This document shows, piece by piece, positions 24,985-37,752 of a stretch of 51,792 bases of DNA. The DNA comes from Octopus bimaculoides. Its lineage: Eukaryota. A program made the position numbers and the translations under genes. The notes under the pieces were generated by a model. It did no database searches. It was not told the origin of the DNA and saw only the letters and a program-made list of their open reading frames with translations. The stretch's first letter is position 1; the number at the start of each line of letters is the position of its first letter. Location: NCBI RefSeq assembly GCF_001194135.2, contig NC_068989.1, positions 55,371,249 through 55,423,040 of the forward strand, read 5' to 3'.

Positions 24985-25410
24985 CAGGGTGTTCGGGCTA
25001 AATTTGACAGTCTGCATAAAAGGATAAAACGCAGTATCCCAGCCAAAAATAAACGTATTTAAAATCAAAAAATATCAACTAGATTATGACTGGGAGATGA
25101 CAGTTTACTCAAAGTAATCTCCCTCAACTTCCACCACGGCCTCAAGACAGTTCCGGACCCTAGCGCATGCGTTCTTTAGTGTGTTCCCGGGAAGATCCTT
25201 GATCTGCTAACTCGGATTTGGAGTTGCAGGCAGAGCAATTGGTGTCTTTCTCAACTGCTCCACACACGATAATCCATGGGACTAGAATCGGAGGAATTAG
25301 GAGGCCAGAAATTGGAGCTGGTGAAGTTGTAGAATCCTCCGACAAGTATTTCTGACTCATTCCGGAATTATGGCAAGGAGCCGAATCCTGCGGTCACACA
25401 TATGGCCATC
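24985..25410 (-). mobile_element. 3' fragment of a maT/DD37D-like Tc1/mariner transposon
   Basis: QDSAPCHNSG..Q, WPPN-like motif, GAVEKDTN and ACARVRNCLEAVVEVEGDYFE*. TA followed by a cagggtg TIR at 24983-24991. Confidence 0.8.
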
Positions 25411-25759
25411 CAGCAGCACCCCTCTCCAGCCAGAGATTGACCAACATACACACACATGCGCACGCACATATACAATATCAGCCAGTCATGAAGAAATCAT
25501 TGTGAGTGTCAGGTTATTTGAATCAGTTTTACATAATCATTGCTTATATTCATGTTTTCCAATTTGTTAAATGATGACACATATGTTATTGAAACGATTG
25601 TAACAAAGGAATAAATGTGATATTAGTACATTCATTCTTTTGCTAGTTACTTTATAGTTTGTCACTAAAAAAAAGTTCCTAAATATTAAGTTTGTATGGA
25701 ACAGTTGTTCTTCCGAAATATTACTCCTTTCTAGACGTTTTGTTTACCAGTATCCGCAA

Positions 25760-26200
25760 GAATGATGACTGAAGTTACATTTCTTCCTCCGCCTACTGTC
25801 TCCTCCAACCACCTCCTTTCAGCGCCTTCTCTCCTCTCCCTGTATTGCTCTCCATCATCAACTCCTCGCTTACCTGCTATCATCCTCAATGCCCTCACAT
25901 ATTTACTGCAACCCTCGTCCCCAAGCCTCTTGTATATCTCCCTTCATCATTTGCTTCAGTCATCTCATCCTGGCCAAGCCTCTATATCACCTCGTTCTCA
26001 TCGCCCCCAATGTCCCTCCAGCGCATGTCCCAACACATTTTCGCCAGCATCTCTCACTCTCCTTTGTTTCCCAATTGAGTATCCATGTATCTACTCTACA
26101 GCAAGACACCTACATCTGTCTCTTCTATACTTTAAATCTCTCAACTGGCACAAATCCTCACATCTTCAATACTACTCCCTCCTAATTGAGGGGGTTTTGT
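25760..26200 (-). mobile_element. Highly degraded RTE-clade LINE C-terminal fragment
   Basis: Purine-rich minus strand giving frameshifted peptides that resemble the RTE C-terminus (…EAELEVAEMKMLR…GH…GRPKRRW). Confidence 0.5.
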
Positions 26201-26380
26201 CTTGCAAGGCACTTGGTGACCCTATCGTTGCTGGCGCCACGTAAAAAGCACTCAGTACTCTCTGTAAAGTGGTTGGCGATAGGAAGGGCATCCAGCTGTA
26301 GAAATCAAGCGAAACTGACTAGGGAACTTGGTGCGGCTCCTAGCCTTTCCAGCTCCTGTCAAACATTCTAGCCCATGCCG
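26200..26380 (+). mobile_element. RTE-type 3' UTR / SINE tail fragment
   Basis: gccacgtaaaaagcac...gtaaagtggttggcgataggaagggcatccagctgtagaaa...cccatgcc, a motif typical of RTE 3' ends. Confidence 0.55.
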
Positions 26381-27950
26381 GTCAAAGCTTTGTGAATGGA
26401 TTTGGTAGATAGAAACTGAAATAAATCCATTGTGTGTGCGTATGCTCCACCCTCACCACTTGACAATTGGTGTTGGTGAGTTTACACTCCTGCAACTTAT
26501 TGGTTTGGCAAAAGAGATCGATAGAATAAGTACTAGGCTTACAAAAAAGAAGTACAGGGTGGGACAGAGAGGACGGACGTTTATGAAAAATTCACAAAAT
26601 CATTAATTTTAACTGCAAACAAATATTATTGACATCAATGTGTTCGAAGTGAATTTAACATTTGTCAAAATCAAGTTTGGAAACCAACATCTATCATCTT
26701 GTGTCCGTTCGCATTGATGAATTTCTGAAAGCGTTCTTGAAAGTTGGCCTCCACTCTCTCCAGCATTGCTCTATCGATTTGGGCGACTTCCACGCGAATA
26801 GCTTCTTTCAAATCGTCCAATGTACGGGGCTTATGCGCATAAACACGTGCCTTGAGGTTTCCCCACAAGAAATAATCGCACATGGACAAATCAGGGGACC
26901 GATGGGGACCAAGGAATGTCAGCAAACCTGGAAATGAGGCAGTCACCGAAGAGAAGGCGAAGAACGTCCATTGATGCTCTGGCTGTGTGGGCCGTGGCCC
27001 CATCCTACTGAAACCACAGATGTAGAATAGGCATACGTTTTTGTCGTAATTCAGGTACAAAGAAGTTGTTTATCATCTCGATGTAACGCTCGGAATTCAC
27101 AGTAACAGTATTTCCTTAAAAAAAGTTAGGACTAATCACGGCAACTTTTCCAACAGCACACCAGACCGTCACTTTTGGGCTGTGTAGTTCTCTCGGATTT
27201 TCAAGAGCCCAATAACGACTGTTCTGTTGATTCACCATGCTATTGAGATGAAAATGAACTTCATCACTCATTAACAAAATGAAGTTGTCATTTGCCTCAA
27301 AAATTGCTTCCATCTGACGTGCTAAGTTAAGCCACTGTGCATAGTCCCATGGTTTCAACTATTGCCCAATAACTAATCTGTACGGGTGGAAATGCAAGTC
27401 TTCATGCAAAATACGCCTTACCGATCGATCACCAATGCCAAGTTCAGTGGAATGCCTCCGAGCAGAGCAATTCGGACTCCATATCAAAGCTTGTCTGACG
27501 CGTTCAACATTTTTCGGGGTCCGTACCGTTCGTGGCGCCCCCACCAGTATCCTATTCATTAGTGTACCTCGTGTACGAAGTGCATTCACCCAACGTAAGA
27601 TTGTGTTACGGGTGGGAACAACCTGATTTCGGTGAATGTTGAAGTGGCGCCGAAACTCACGCTGAACTGCTGTGACAGACTCGTTATTCTTCACGTACCT
27701 GTTGTAGACAAACACGCGATGCTCCATCGTCCACAGTGCCATGGCTTCACTTGAAAAGAAAAAGAAATGCTAAGACACCACGGACCGAATGGTACCAGTT
27801 GGATGTATGTCCCTGCCCTTGGGGCTAAGTAATAGCCATTTCAAAAACGTCCATCTTCTCTGCTCCACCCTGTACTAGGGTCGGTTTGTCCGAAAAAATT
27901 CAAGGTTGTGCTCCAGCATGGCCGCAGTCTAATGACTGAAACTAAATCAA
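26380..27950 (+). mobile_element. Family C SINE split by a Tc1/mariner insertion (SINE parts 26380-26554 and 27873-27950)
   Basis: The family C sequence aagTA|ctagggtcg is continuous once the insert is removed. Confidence 0.8.
26555..27872 (-). mobile_element. Near full-length Tc1/mariner transposon (rosa/DD41D- or maT-like), pseudogenised
   Basis: TIRs cagggtgggacagagaggacggacgttt and aaacgtccatcttctctgctccaccctg, TA TSD at 26553-54 and 27873-74. Transposase from ~27742 to ~26671 with SDEVHFHL, FQ*DGATAHT and SPDLSMCDYFLWG; it has stops and small deletions. Confidence 0.95.
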
Positions 27951-28059
27951 AACTGATACAGCTGCCAAGCTGAAAGGAAAATATATGATGTGTGACTATT
28001 TCATCTTCATTTGAAATATTTGTTTTACAACCCCTATTCAAGGTTCAGAGCCTGTTGCT

Positions 28060-28190
28060 TAGTGCTCAGGCTTACAATAGTAAGATCTCACTTCCTGCAC
28101 TGGGCATTGTGTTGTGTTCTTGGACAACGCATTTTATTTCATATTGCTCCAATGTACTCTACAAGGATGGGTACCAGCCAAGTGCTGAGG
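28060..28190 (+). mobile_element. Degraded CORE-type SINE fragment
   Basis: gcttagtg head remnant and ttcttggacaacgcattttatttcatattgctcc CORE-like segment. Confidence 0.45.
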
Positions 28191-28419
28191 AAGCTGTCTC
28201 TCTCTCTCTCTCTCACACTTCCCTCCAGCCATCACAACCTGGGTGTTGCACTGGGTTAATGGAGGAATAATCACAAAGGTGTCTATACCTACTCGTGACT
28301 AGAGAGGCACCTACAACAATTAGTGAAAGCATGGTATATGTCACTGAGTCATTCTCGCTTGCAAACAATGGCTGTGGAATTTAATCTCACCAAATGTGTC
28401 TCAAGAAAAAAAAAAAGAT

Positions 28420-28900
<481 letters not shown>

Positions 28901-29245
28901 AAAACAATGGCTGATGGTGAACATTTTTTTTTCAGGGATGATTATTTGGGTCAAGACATAGATTACTGTTGTTTTTGTAATCAAGTAAAGCAGCCCTGAA
29001 GGTAAAAGTGGGAGACCTCCCTAAAACATTGGTCAAAAAGTTTTCCTAAGATATCCATGTTCAATTCAGTGGACTCTTAGATCACTGAAACAATGTTATG
29101 AAAAAGAGATAGACAGGCAAGGTGAAGAATTAGGTGAGTGAATAAAAAAAAACAACAGAAGACAATGTTTATATATCGGCAGCAATGATTTATCAAGTCA
29201 TTTGATTGTCAACATGAATTATGTGAGTTTCTGGCTTGCATTTTG

Positions 29246-29276
<31 letters not shown>

Positions 29277-31149
29277 CAACTTATATTTTTTTTTTAATAA
29301 TTTTTAAAATTTTTTTCTCGATTTTTGTTATCTTGAAATTAACAAATTTACACAAGCTGGCAAAAGCCATGGCATTTGTGTAAAAATAGAACCATATTCC
29401 CGATGTCCTCTTTGGGTAAAGCTGGCTGTCTACTTCACCACATATATCTATACTGCAGACAGATGTACAGACCAACAGACAATTGACTTTGGTATTGTGA
29501 ATCACATGAGGGGGGGCAGGAGAGCAGGGCGAGGGAGGCTACCACTGCCATGATCGTCTATATACAAGCAGCACACATACACACATGCACATACACACAC
29601 AGGCTTTCATCATTACCATCATAAGACATTCTGTATCAAACCACTAATAAAGTTATAGACATCTTTTTTTTTTTTTTTTGAAATATATTATTCAGAGAAA
29701 ACCATTTGCTTAAACACCAGTAGCAGCAGACTGATGGTTCTTCTACCGATGGTTATTGGTGTTGACCAGCGGCAGTGGTAGCCTAAGGTAGCAACGCTAC
29801 CCGGGAAGCATTTATTTATTTATTTATTTATTAAAAAAAGGTAAATTGAAAAATTTTGAAAAATATAATAATTACACTGATGCAGAGAGAAAAATATAAA
29901 AATAAATATAAAGAAATTACAATGAGAAGATATTGTAGAGAGAAAGAGAGAGAAAAAAAATCAAAAACAAAAAAAAAAACACGAAAAAGAAAGGTTTGGG
30001 TTATTTTCAATCAGAGCTTCAGAACTATTTAGACCACAAAAAAAACAAAAAAGAGAGAGAGACATAGTAGCAAATTGACAAAAATATATATATATTCCCA
30101 CAAATTGAAGAGAGAGAAGGAGGAGGGAGAAAAAGAAGAAGTGAGATAAAATAAATGGCTTCTTAAAATTAAAAATAAATTACACAGTGGTGATCAAACA
30201 GGTTTTGAAAATAAAATATAAAAAATGTTTTGAAGTGAGGGGAGGAGGCGCAGAGTAAAAGCAATTGAGTATACAAAAACTAAATAAAAAAAATAGCCCT
30301 CACCTTTATGAATTATAAATACATACACATATACATATATATATATATACATATATATGCGTGTGTATGTATAATTTCTAAAGTTCTCTTTCAAAAACAA
30401 AGCTTAATCAAAGACAGGAGTAGAAAAATTAAACCCAGAATAGCAGATTTTTCATAATGGCATCAAAGTTATATGATCTGTTTCAATTTTTTTTTTTGTT
30501 TTATCTTGGTTGCTGGTCTTTTTTTTTTTTACCTTTCTTTTCTTTTTGTTTTATTTTTTTGCCTTTTAAAAAATAATGAAAAAAAAAACTGAAAACCCCA
30601 ATGCTGTTTCTTTGTTCAGAGACACATACACACAACGAAAAGAACAGGAACAAAAAAAAAAAAACACATTCTGACACAGAAAAGAAAAAAAAAAAAATGA
30701 TTGGTTATTTCTGTTCCCACAAATGCCATACTGGAGAGAAGAAACCAGGCATTTTGACAGTCGAGTTTTTCGAAAATTAGGATGTTGTCAGAGATTTAGT
30801 GTCGATTTTAGCCAGTCAAGCAAGTTTTTTCAGGAGAGGGGAGGTAAGAGAAGGAGAAGGAGGAACAGGAAGAGGAGGAGGGTCAAGGACGCAGCAGTTA
30901 TCTTTCCCTCTTGTGTCATTATTTAAGGCATTGCATGTGCTGCTATGCAATGTGTGTGTGTGTGAGTGCGTGTTGTCTAGTATGTGAGCATATCTCTATT
31001 GATGTGTGAGCGAGGACATGTGTGTCAGCAGCTAACTTAATCTCATTGTGAAATATTTCAAATATTCAAATAAACAAGTGAATATTTAGACGCAGCTACA
31101 TAGATAAGGGAATTGAATCATTATTTTGATCAATAGAATGTTTTGACAT

Positions 31150-31167
31150 CTGAAGGATCCAACTAAT

Positions 31168-31215
<48 letters not shown>

Positions 31216-31363
31216 TACATATATATACACATACATATATATGCATATATATACATATATATATACATATATGCATTTATATATATATACATATATGCAT
31301 TTATATACATATATATATATATGGTGAAGCAAATATTTGCTGATCCCTTAATTATGTTTATAC

Positions 31364-31405
<42 letters not shown>
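31150..31405. repeat. (TA)n-derived low-complexity tract
   Basis: Direct inspection. Confidence 0.95.
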
Positions 31406-31408
<3 letters not shown>

Positions 31409-31973
31409 AGAACTTAGAAGAAAGAATGGAGGAACAACTCATATGAGCTATTTTAATTTTTGTTTGGTTTTGTTGGCTTAAATCTAGGAAACGCTGAAGA
31501 AACAGGATATAATTGGAAATTACTCATGGAGCGAAGGCCAAATACGTAAGTCAAAAAGAAGCTATATAGATAATTAAAGGATTAACAGGTTAGTGATGTT
31601 TATGCTTTCTCCAAAAACGAGCCATTTTTCATAACATTTTCAACTAGGACTACATTCACCAAGATTTTGTTGTCTCTGTCATGATATTGTTAAAAAGAAG
31701 CTCCTTTCCTTCTTAGAAGGGTCCACAAGTTTCCATAGTGTTAAAGGAATGAGGGATAAATTTTCTGGACAGGTCTTTTGTCCTTTTAAAGGTAGCTTTC
31801 CTGCAGCAAGAATGGAAATCGTCACTTTGAGTAAGCAAGATTTATGCCAGGCTAACAGTGCAGCCACAACTTGCAGCAGAAATTAATACCTATTTTAGAC
31901 TCAGCTGATGAGCAGCTGCTCTGTGACACAATGTGATTAAGATGGCATTGTTAATATTTGGTTTAATTTAAAC

Positions 31974-32237
31974 CAGTTGTTCCCAAAGTAGATGGTACAA
32001 ACCCCTTGGGAGTGATAGAGAGATTGGTGGGGAAGGGATGAAGAAAAAAGGGGGAGATGGATGTAAAAAAAAAACCCTCAAAATAATGAGTTAATCAGGT
32101 TTAATTTTTTTTGTGAAATACAGTTGTTTTGAATTTGCTGCAGAAAGAAGTCTGTGTTTATGGTGGGGGCAGTTGGCTCTAAGAATGTGACCCAGGTGCC
32201 AAAGGGGCAGCAGGCCAAAAGGGTTTGGGAGCCACTG
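31974..32237. mobile_element. hAT (Charlie-like) MITE with an 8-bp TSD
   Basis: Termini cagttgttcccaa and ttgggagccactg (Charlie consensus CAGTGGTTCCCAA). TSD atttaaac at 31966-31973 and 32238-32245 fits the nTnTAnAn target preference. Confidence 0.9.
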
Positions 32238-32974
32238 ATTTAAACCGTTGTTGTCTGAGAATCAACTTCACATGCACATAACCTAAAACTTAGTAACTTC
32301 AAGTAAAGTACTGATAGCAGAGTTGTTGCTAGAAGTGAAGAGAGATGGGTGGGGGTGGACGAGAAACAACCTCAGAAATGCTGGATTTGTTTGTTGTCTT
32401 CTTCGCAATTATACATGCATGCATGTGTGTGTGTGTGTGTGTAGAAAGTGAGGGAGAGCAGGGGAGCATCCTGTAGACAAATCAGCAGTTAAGATTAAAT
32501 CATTGTTGATTAGTAAAGAAAAAAATAATAAATAAAAAGTTATTGGATCACAGAAGAGAACTTTAGCAGGTTATAATTACTTCTTTTTTTTTTTTTTTTA
32601 CCAGTTGAGAAACTAAGTGCAATTGAAATGATAGTAGGAGGGAAAGGTAGAGGGAAACTATTTGAGGGCAATAACGAGATAGAGTGGGGCAGTCAACAAA
32701 TGACTGTTGACATTGGCTGGAAGGATGTGTGTTCATGTGGAGATTTAGGCAGAAAGAATGGATAAATAAAAGGGGGGAGGGAGGTGAGGGATCAGGGAGA
32801 GTTGGGGGTTTTTTTTTTTTTTTACAGTGGAAGTGGACAATAATTTCAGAGCATCAAAGGAAAAGAAACTACCTTGTGACTGTCAGATAAATTCTCAAAA
32901 ATGTTGTAGTGACAAGGAAACAATGGAGAAAGAAAGGCCTACAATAAAGACTTAAGGTAAGGTGAAGGAGAATA

Positions 32975-32977
<3 letters not shown>

Positions 32978-33028
<51 letters not shown>

Positions 33029-33060
33029 GAGAGAGAGTGAATGGTGTGTGTGTGTGTGTG
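32978..33060. repeat. (GA)n followed by (TG)n microsatellite
   Basis: Direct inspection. Confidence 0.95.
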
Positions 33061-36000
33061 CACATATGATGGAAAGAGAGAAAGAGATAACTGACAGAAA
33101 AGTGAATAAAAAGAGCAAAAGAAAAAAATAAGAAGATGCAAAAGTGATTTAGGAGAAATAATCTCTCTGGTAAGCAGTAAATGTTGGGTTTTTTTTTTCC
33201 TTTTCTTTTTTTACTTTTTTTTTTTTGAAATGTGAGATGAGTGGAGAATAATATAGCCAAACCCGTCAATTAAAACTAACTTATAATATTAGCTATTATT
33301 TTAAAATTTACACCAAAATTAACCACAGATATTTTGAAGACAAAGATTGAGATTACAAAATATCAAGTACAGCTTTTTGAATTTCTGTACCAGCATCAAT
33401 GAATGATCTTGGAACAAAGAACATAGTAAGTAGATGACAGAGTAGATAAAAAAAATATTAAACCAAAGAAGAAGAGGAGAAAGAGCTGAGCATCATCCAA
33501 TTATGTAGAAATAAATGAGAGATGTCAATGATGATTATAGTGAGGTGGTATTAGTCTTCTACCTCTCCAGTTGTCCTCTATTCAGTATCAGACTGAAGAC
33601 CTTTTCCTTCCTGCTGTTGAGTGACCACCACCCACTGACATCTGATGACAAATTACTTCAGACTCAATGATCCTTAGCTTAACCTTACAACTTTCATTTG
33701 CCAATAAATGAAAACCAGCTCGCTAAAGGCAGGAAAAGAGTCCTGGACACACTATATATATATATATATATATATATGCATTTGCAATAGAAACATTGAC
33801 ATACAATGAATATATTATACATTATTGGCATACAAACACAGTTTAGGTGTGTTCCTGTAAACAGAAGCCTGCTGGACATCACTGAAGCAAGTGGAGAATG
33901 ATGACAAAGTGGATAAGTAAAAGGACAGTAATGTTGAAAAGAAAACAATAGGTTCCACGAGGCCACCACATAACTGTGGTAAATAGAAAGGTGAGGGTAT
34001 TTGTATAGGGAAATGAAAAGGATAATTAGCTGGGAGGAATAATATAGAAAAATATATATTCATTTTTTTTTTTCGTATGGTTTATATGTAAAGAAGAAAA
34101 GGTGGATGACAGAGAGAAATATATTGAAGAAATGAAAGAAGCCCAGAAAGTTAATTATTTGTAGATGTTTCTGAAAGAGTCAAAGCAAATCTCTATTGCT
34201 ACCAACAGAATGAACTGTCAGTAAAATTAGTTTCCACCAATTCTACAAATTTAATGCATTCAAAATGTTCTAACTAAACTTTGTGAGCATAGGTTATTAT
34301 GACATAGTTATGAAAACTTGGTGAGAAAACACATTCAAATTCAACAGCCTACATGCCATTTGTATATTTGAAGGACGGATAAATGTTTCAGTCAGGCCAA
34401 TAGAGAGAAAGGACATTATAAAAAGGAATGAATACAATCCAACCTAATTCAATAATTCATACTCATAAACCTACATGTAACAGATATATTAGATGGCTAA
34501 TTTTATAAGGACTCTATTATTAAAATCTGAGACTCATAGTGTGATGGCAGTGCTAACTCTGGGGAACAGTTAAGCAAGTTCCTGCTCATAATCCTCTGAA
34601 ATGGATATAACTCTTTACTAAACAGAATCTACACACTATCTTTGGTTGGTTGACCAGTGAAAGGGAAATCGTTCTAAATAATTCTTAATTTAAGTAACAA
34701 GAAACATAGACAAGCAAAAGCCATTGGCCTTATAATTTCTAGACACAAAGTAGTCAGTCATAAAACTAAGAACCACATTATAGAAATATTATTAAAAAAA
34801 ATATTAAGATAATTTTCATGAGGGTAAATAACCACTAATTTGGCACATTCTAAGACAAAGAGGGGTCAACATATTTTTTTTTCCTTAAGATTTATGGCAA
34901 GATCGGATTTTAATATTATATGCTGAGTTTTAGGCTGCAGCAGTAGATAAAAGCATTTCAGATCTACATTCATCAGTGATATGAAAATAAATGAGTTCTT
35001 TTCATTTTAGTTGGTAAACCTTTCAGCATGTGTAATAATGAAGTCTGGTCAACAGCCATCTAAAACTTCATACGGAAATATCAAGTAGATTAACTATCAG
35101 CTATTCTTTTTTCAGTTTACCTTATAACAAAACAGAAAGAAAACATTGTTTCAATAAATATGGAAGATGTTGAAGCACCTAATTATTGATGGCTTCTTTT
35201 GTCTGCCCTGAAGCTACAATTTTTTGCTTTAGTGCAAAATAGTTTGTCGGCTTTTGTAGAAAGTTTTGAGTAAAAATAACTATGCACCAAGTAACAATGT
35301 AATTTTCTCACAGAGGAAGGAATAGCGCACGATTTTTAAGTTCTTTTTGATTGAGAAAACAATTTATGGAAATGACCTTCTTTCATAGTAGTCTAATGTG
35401 AAATAATTTAACAAAGGCAAAAAAGAAAACACTTTCAATTAGATATGCAATGCACAACAACAGGATAGGTAAAGGACAAGACCATTGATATTTGTAGACT
35501 CTCAAAGACATGTCTGATGTTTATAGCATAAGCATTTCAGTTTATTTGAGCTAGAGTCAACATAATGCCAGATGCAGTAGTAAGACAAAGAGACAAGATT
35601 CTGATGCTCAAACAAATTATCCAGGTTTGTATGGCTTAGAGAGAGAGGGGGTTACATTTTAGATTAATGAGCTCAATATCAGTGAAGAAAGAAGTATATG
35701 ATGAGACAGATGTCAGAGAAAAGAAATCCTTTGATGTTTAGAGGTTAAATTAAGTCACTGCAAGCTCAAAGGACCCGATCAACTTTGAAATGCTGAGAGC
35801 AAGAGAAAGAGACAGACAGAGATCAGTCAAGGTGGCTAACTGCATTGCCACATATTCATACTTTAAATGCTGATGTCCAGCATGTAAACAAAGTATTTAC
35901 TAACCAACAATGAAACTAATCTGCAAATAAAGCTAATTCATGATATCATTCTATCTGCTTGTCTGTTTATGTTTGAGTATAAAGAGGTAATTTTCTGGAT

Positions 36001-37539
36001 TTATTGAGGACTTATACAAAAACCAAATAGTTGGCTTAATAAAAGAGTAAGATAAGAGAGAATATGTTAAGTTTTAACTGTCAAGGTCAACAACTAGAGC
36101 TTAACTTGAGAGATAGGTTGAGTGGAAGTTATGGAATAAGAGAGGAATCTTCAGACAGAAGCAAGCCAGCCAGCTGGTCAACCACCCAAGCAAATAACTA
36201 ACCAGCAGCATCCAGCTAAACAATACTTAATAAGTTTAGTTGATAGTAAAATACATATTCTGTGACATGGCTACAAGCAAACATATCTGTAGATTGGCTG
36301 AGAATTTGGCAATCTACTCTTAAATTGTTTGGATGTAGACAGACATGTGAGTGGTTGAGTCAGTTGAAAGTAAGCTGGGAGTGTGGCTGGGTGCAAACTA
36401 AATAAATACTGACTGGTGGGGGGGGGGGGAAGTAAGCAAGCAGCCAAGCGAGCTTGAAGCAGGTTCTCAATGGCTCCTTGTATAAAAGAAATCTGTGTGG
36501 TGGTTATATATGAAACAACTGTAGTTGCCTTAGTGCACAAGACACAAGAATGGGGCAGAAGAAAGTTAAATTGAAACTGAATAAGGAAGAAGAGATGAAA
36601 GATTAGTTTGCTCCATACACATGGGGAGTAGAGAGGGTACAAAAGAATATCAGAAACATTCCTTTAGTTGGTTGGCGAGAAAAAAAAAGGGAAAGAGAGA
36701 AAAGAAGCAGGGAAGTAAAATTCATGCTCCTCTAGTTATATGATTGTTATGGGAGGCAGAGGAGAAAACCCTGTGTACATCAGAATGGAATTGCTGCTAC
36801 TGTGGATGACTTCAGCCAGACATAGACGGAAGGGAAAAAGAAAAAAAAAAAAAAGAGAAGACTGAAAAAAAAAGAGAAGACTGAAAAAAAAAAGAGGCTG
36901 GGGGTGGAGGAGGTATTACATGACAGTTATATTCAACTAGACTAAAGCCATAACATACAAGAGAGAGAGAGAGAGAGAGAATGCAAAAGCACCCAATGAC
37001 ATTAGCCAATTGACAGCAGAGGGCCCTGCCTTCTTTAAGCAAAAGAAATACAAACTCATACCAATTTGCCAATCTCTTAAAATACTGCCTAACACTGAAG
37101 GTGGAATACTTTAAACAATTTTAAAAGTTTAAATAAAAAAAAAATAAAGGGGAGGGGGTGAAATAAAAAGAAGTGTTCATGCTGTTTCAGTTAAATATTT
37201 CATTGGAGATAAGATCCAAAAGAGAACGTTAAGTATATTTTGACTACTTACACAGACCATCTACATATCCAATGTAAACAATTTTCCCCTTGAACTAGTC
37301 AACATGTTTAATGTGTGTGTGTGTGTGTGCAACACAATTTCAACTCCTGATTGCAGCCTCTTTAAATCATTAATGTCCCAGAGAAAAGCATGGACATCAG
37401 AAATTGGAATGTCTCAGATATAAATTAAGAGAAAGTTTTGTGTCTATGTTGGAAATGAAAAAAACAGAAATGAATTTATAGATAGTAACTAACGAAGAAT
37501 GAAATATTAAATGTTTTATCAATTCAGTTATGATAATAT

Positions 37540-37752
37540 TGATTTCAATTTTGACACAAGGCCAGCAATTTGAGGGGAGGGAGTAAGTCGATTACACTGA
37601 CCCAGTGTTCAACTGGTACTTATTTTATTGACCCCCTAAAAGGATGAAAGGCAAAGTCGACCTTGGTAGAATTTGAACTCAGAACATGAAGACAGACGAA
37701 ATACCACAAAGCATTTTGCCCAGCATCATAACAATTCTGTCGGCTTGCAACC
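37540..37752 (-). mobile_element. SINE family A, CpG-decayed
   Basis: Homology to 334-550; most CpGs are converted to TpG/CpA. Confidence 0.85.

Noticed and set aside
25760-26380. Inverted RTE coding fragment adjoining a sense RTE 3' UTR (twin-priming-like inversion)
   Set aside because: The two pieces differ in degradation and cannot be shown to be the same family, and there is no TSD.
32690-32711. Overlapping 6-7-bp hairpins / inverted Fox-like sites (gtcaaca...tgttgac)
   Set aside because: Too short to distinguish from chance.
36840-36895. 19-bp tandem duplication aaaaaaaaagagaagactg
   Set aside because: Ordinary slippage next to A-tracts.
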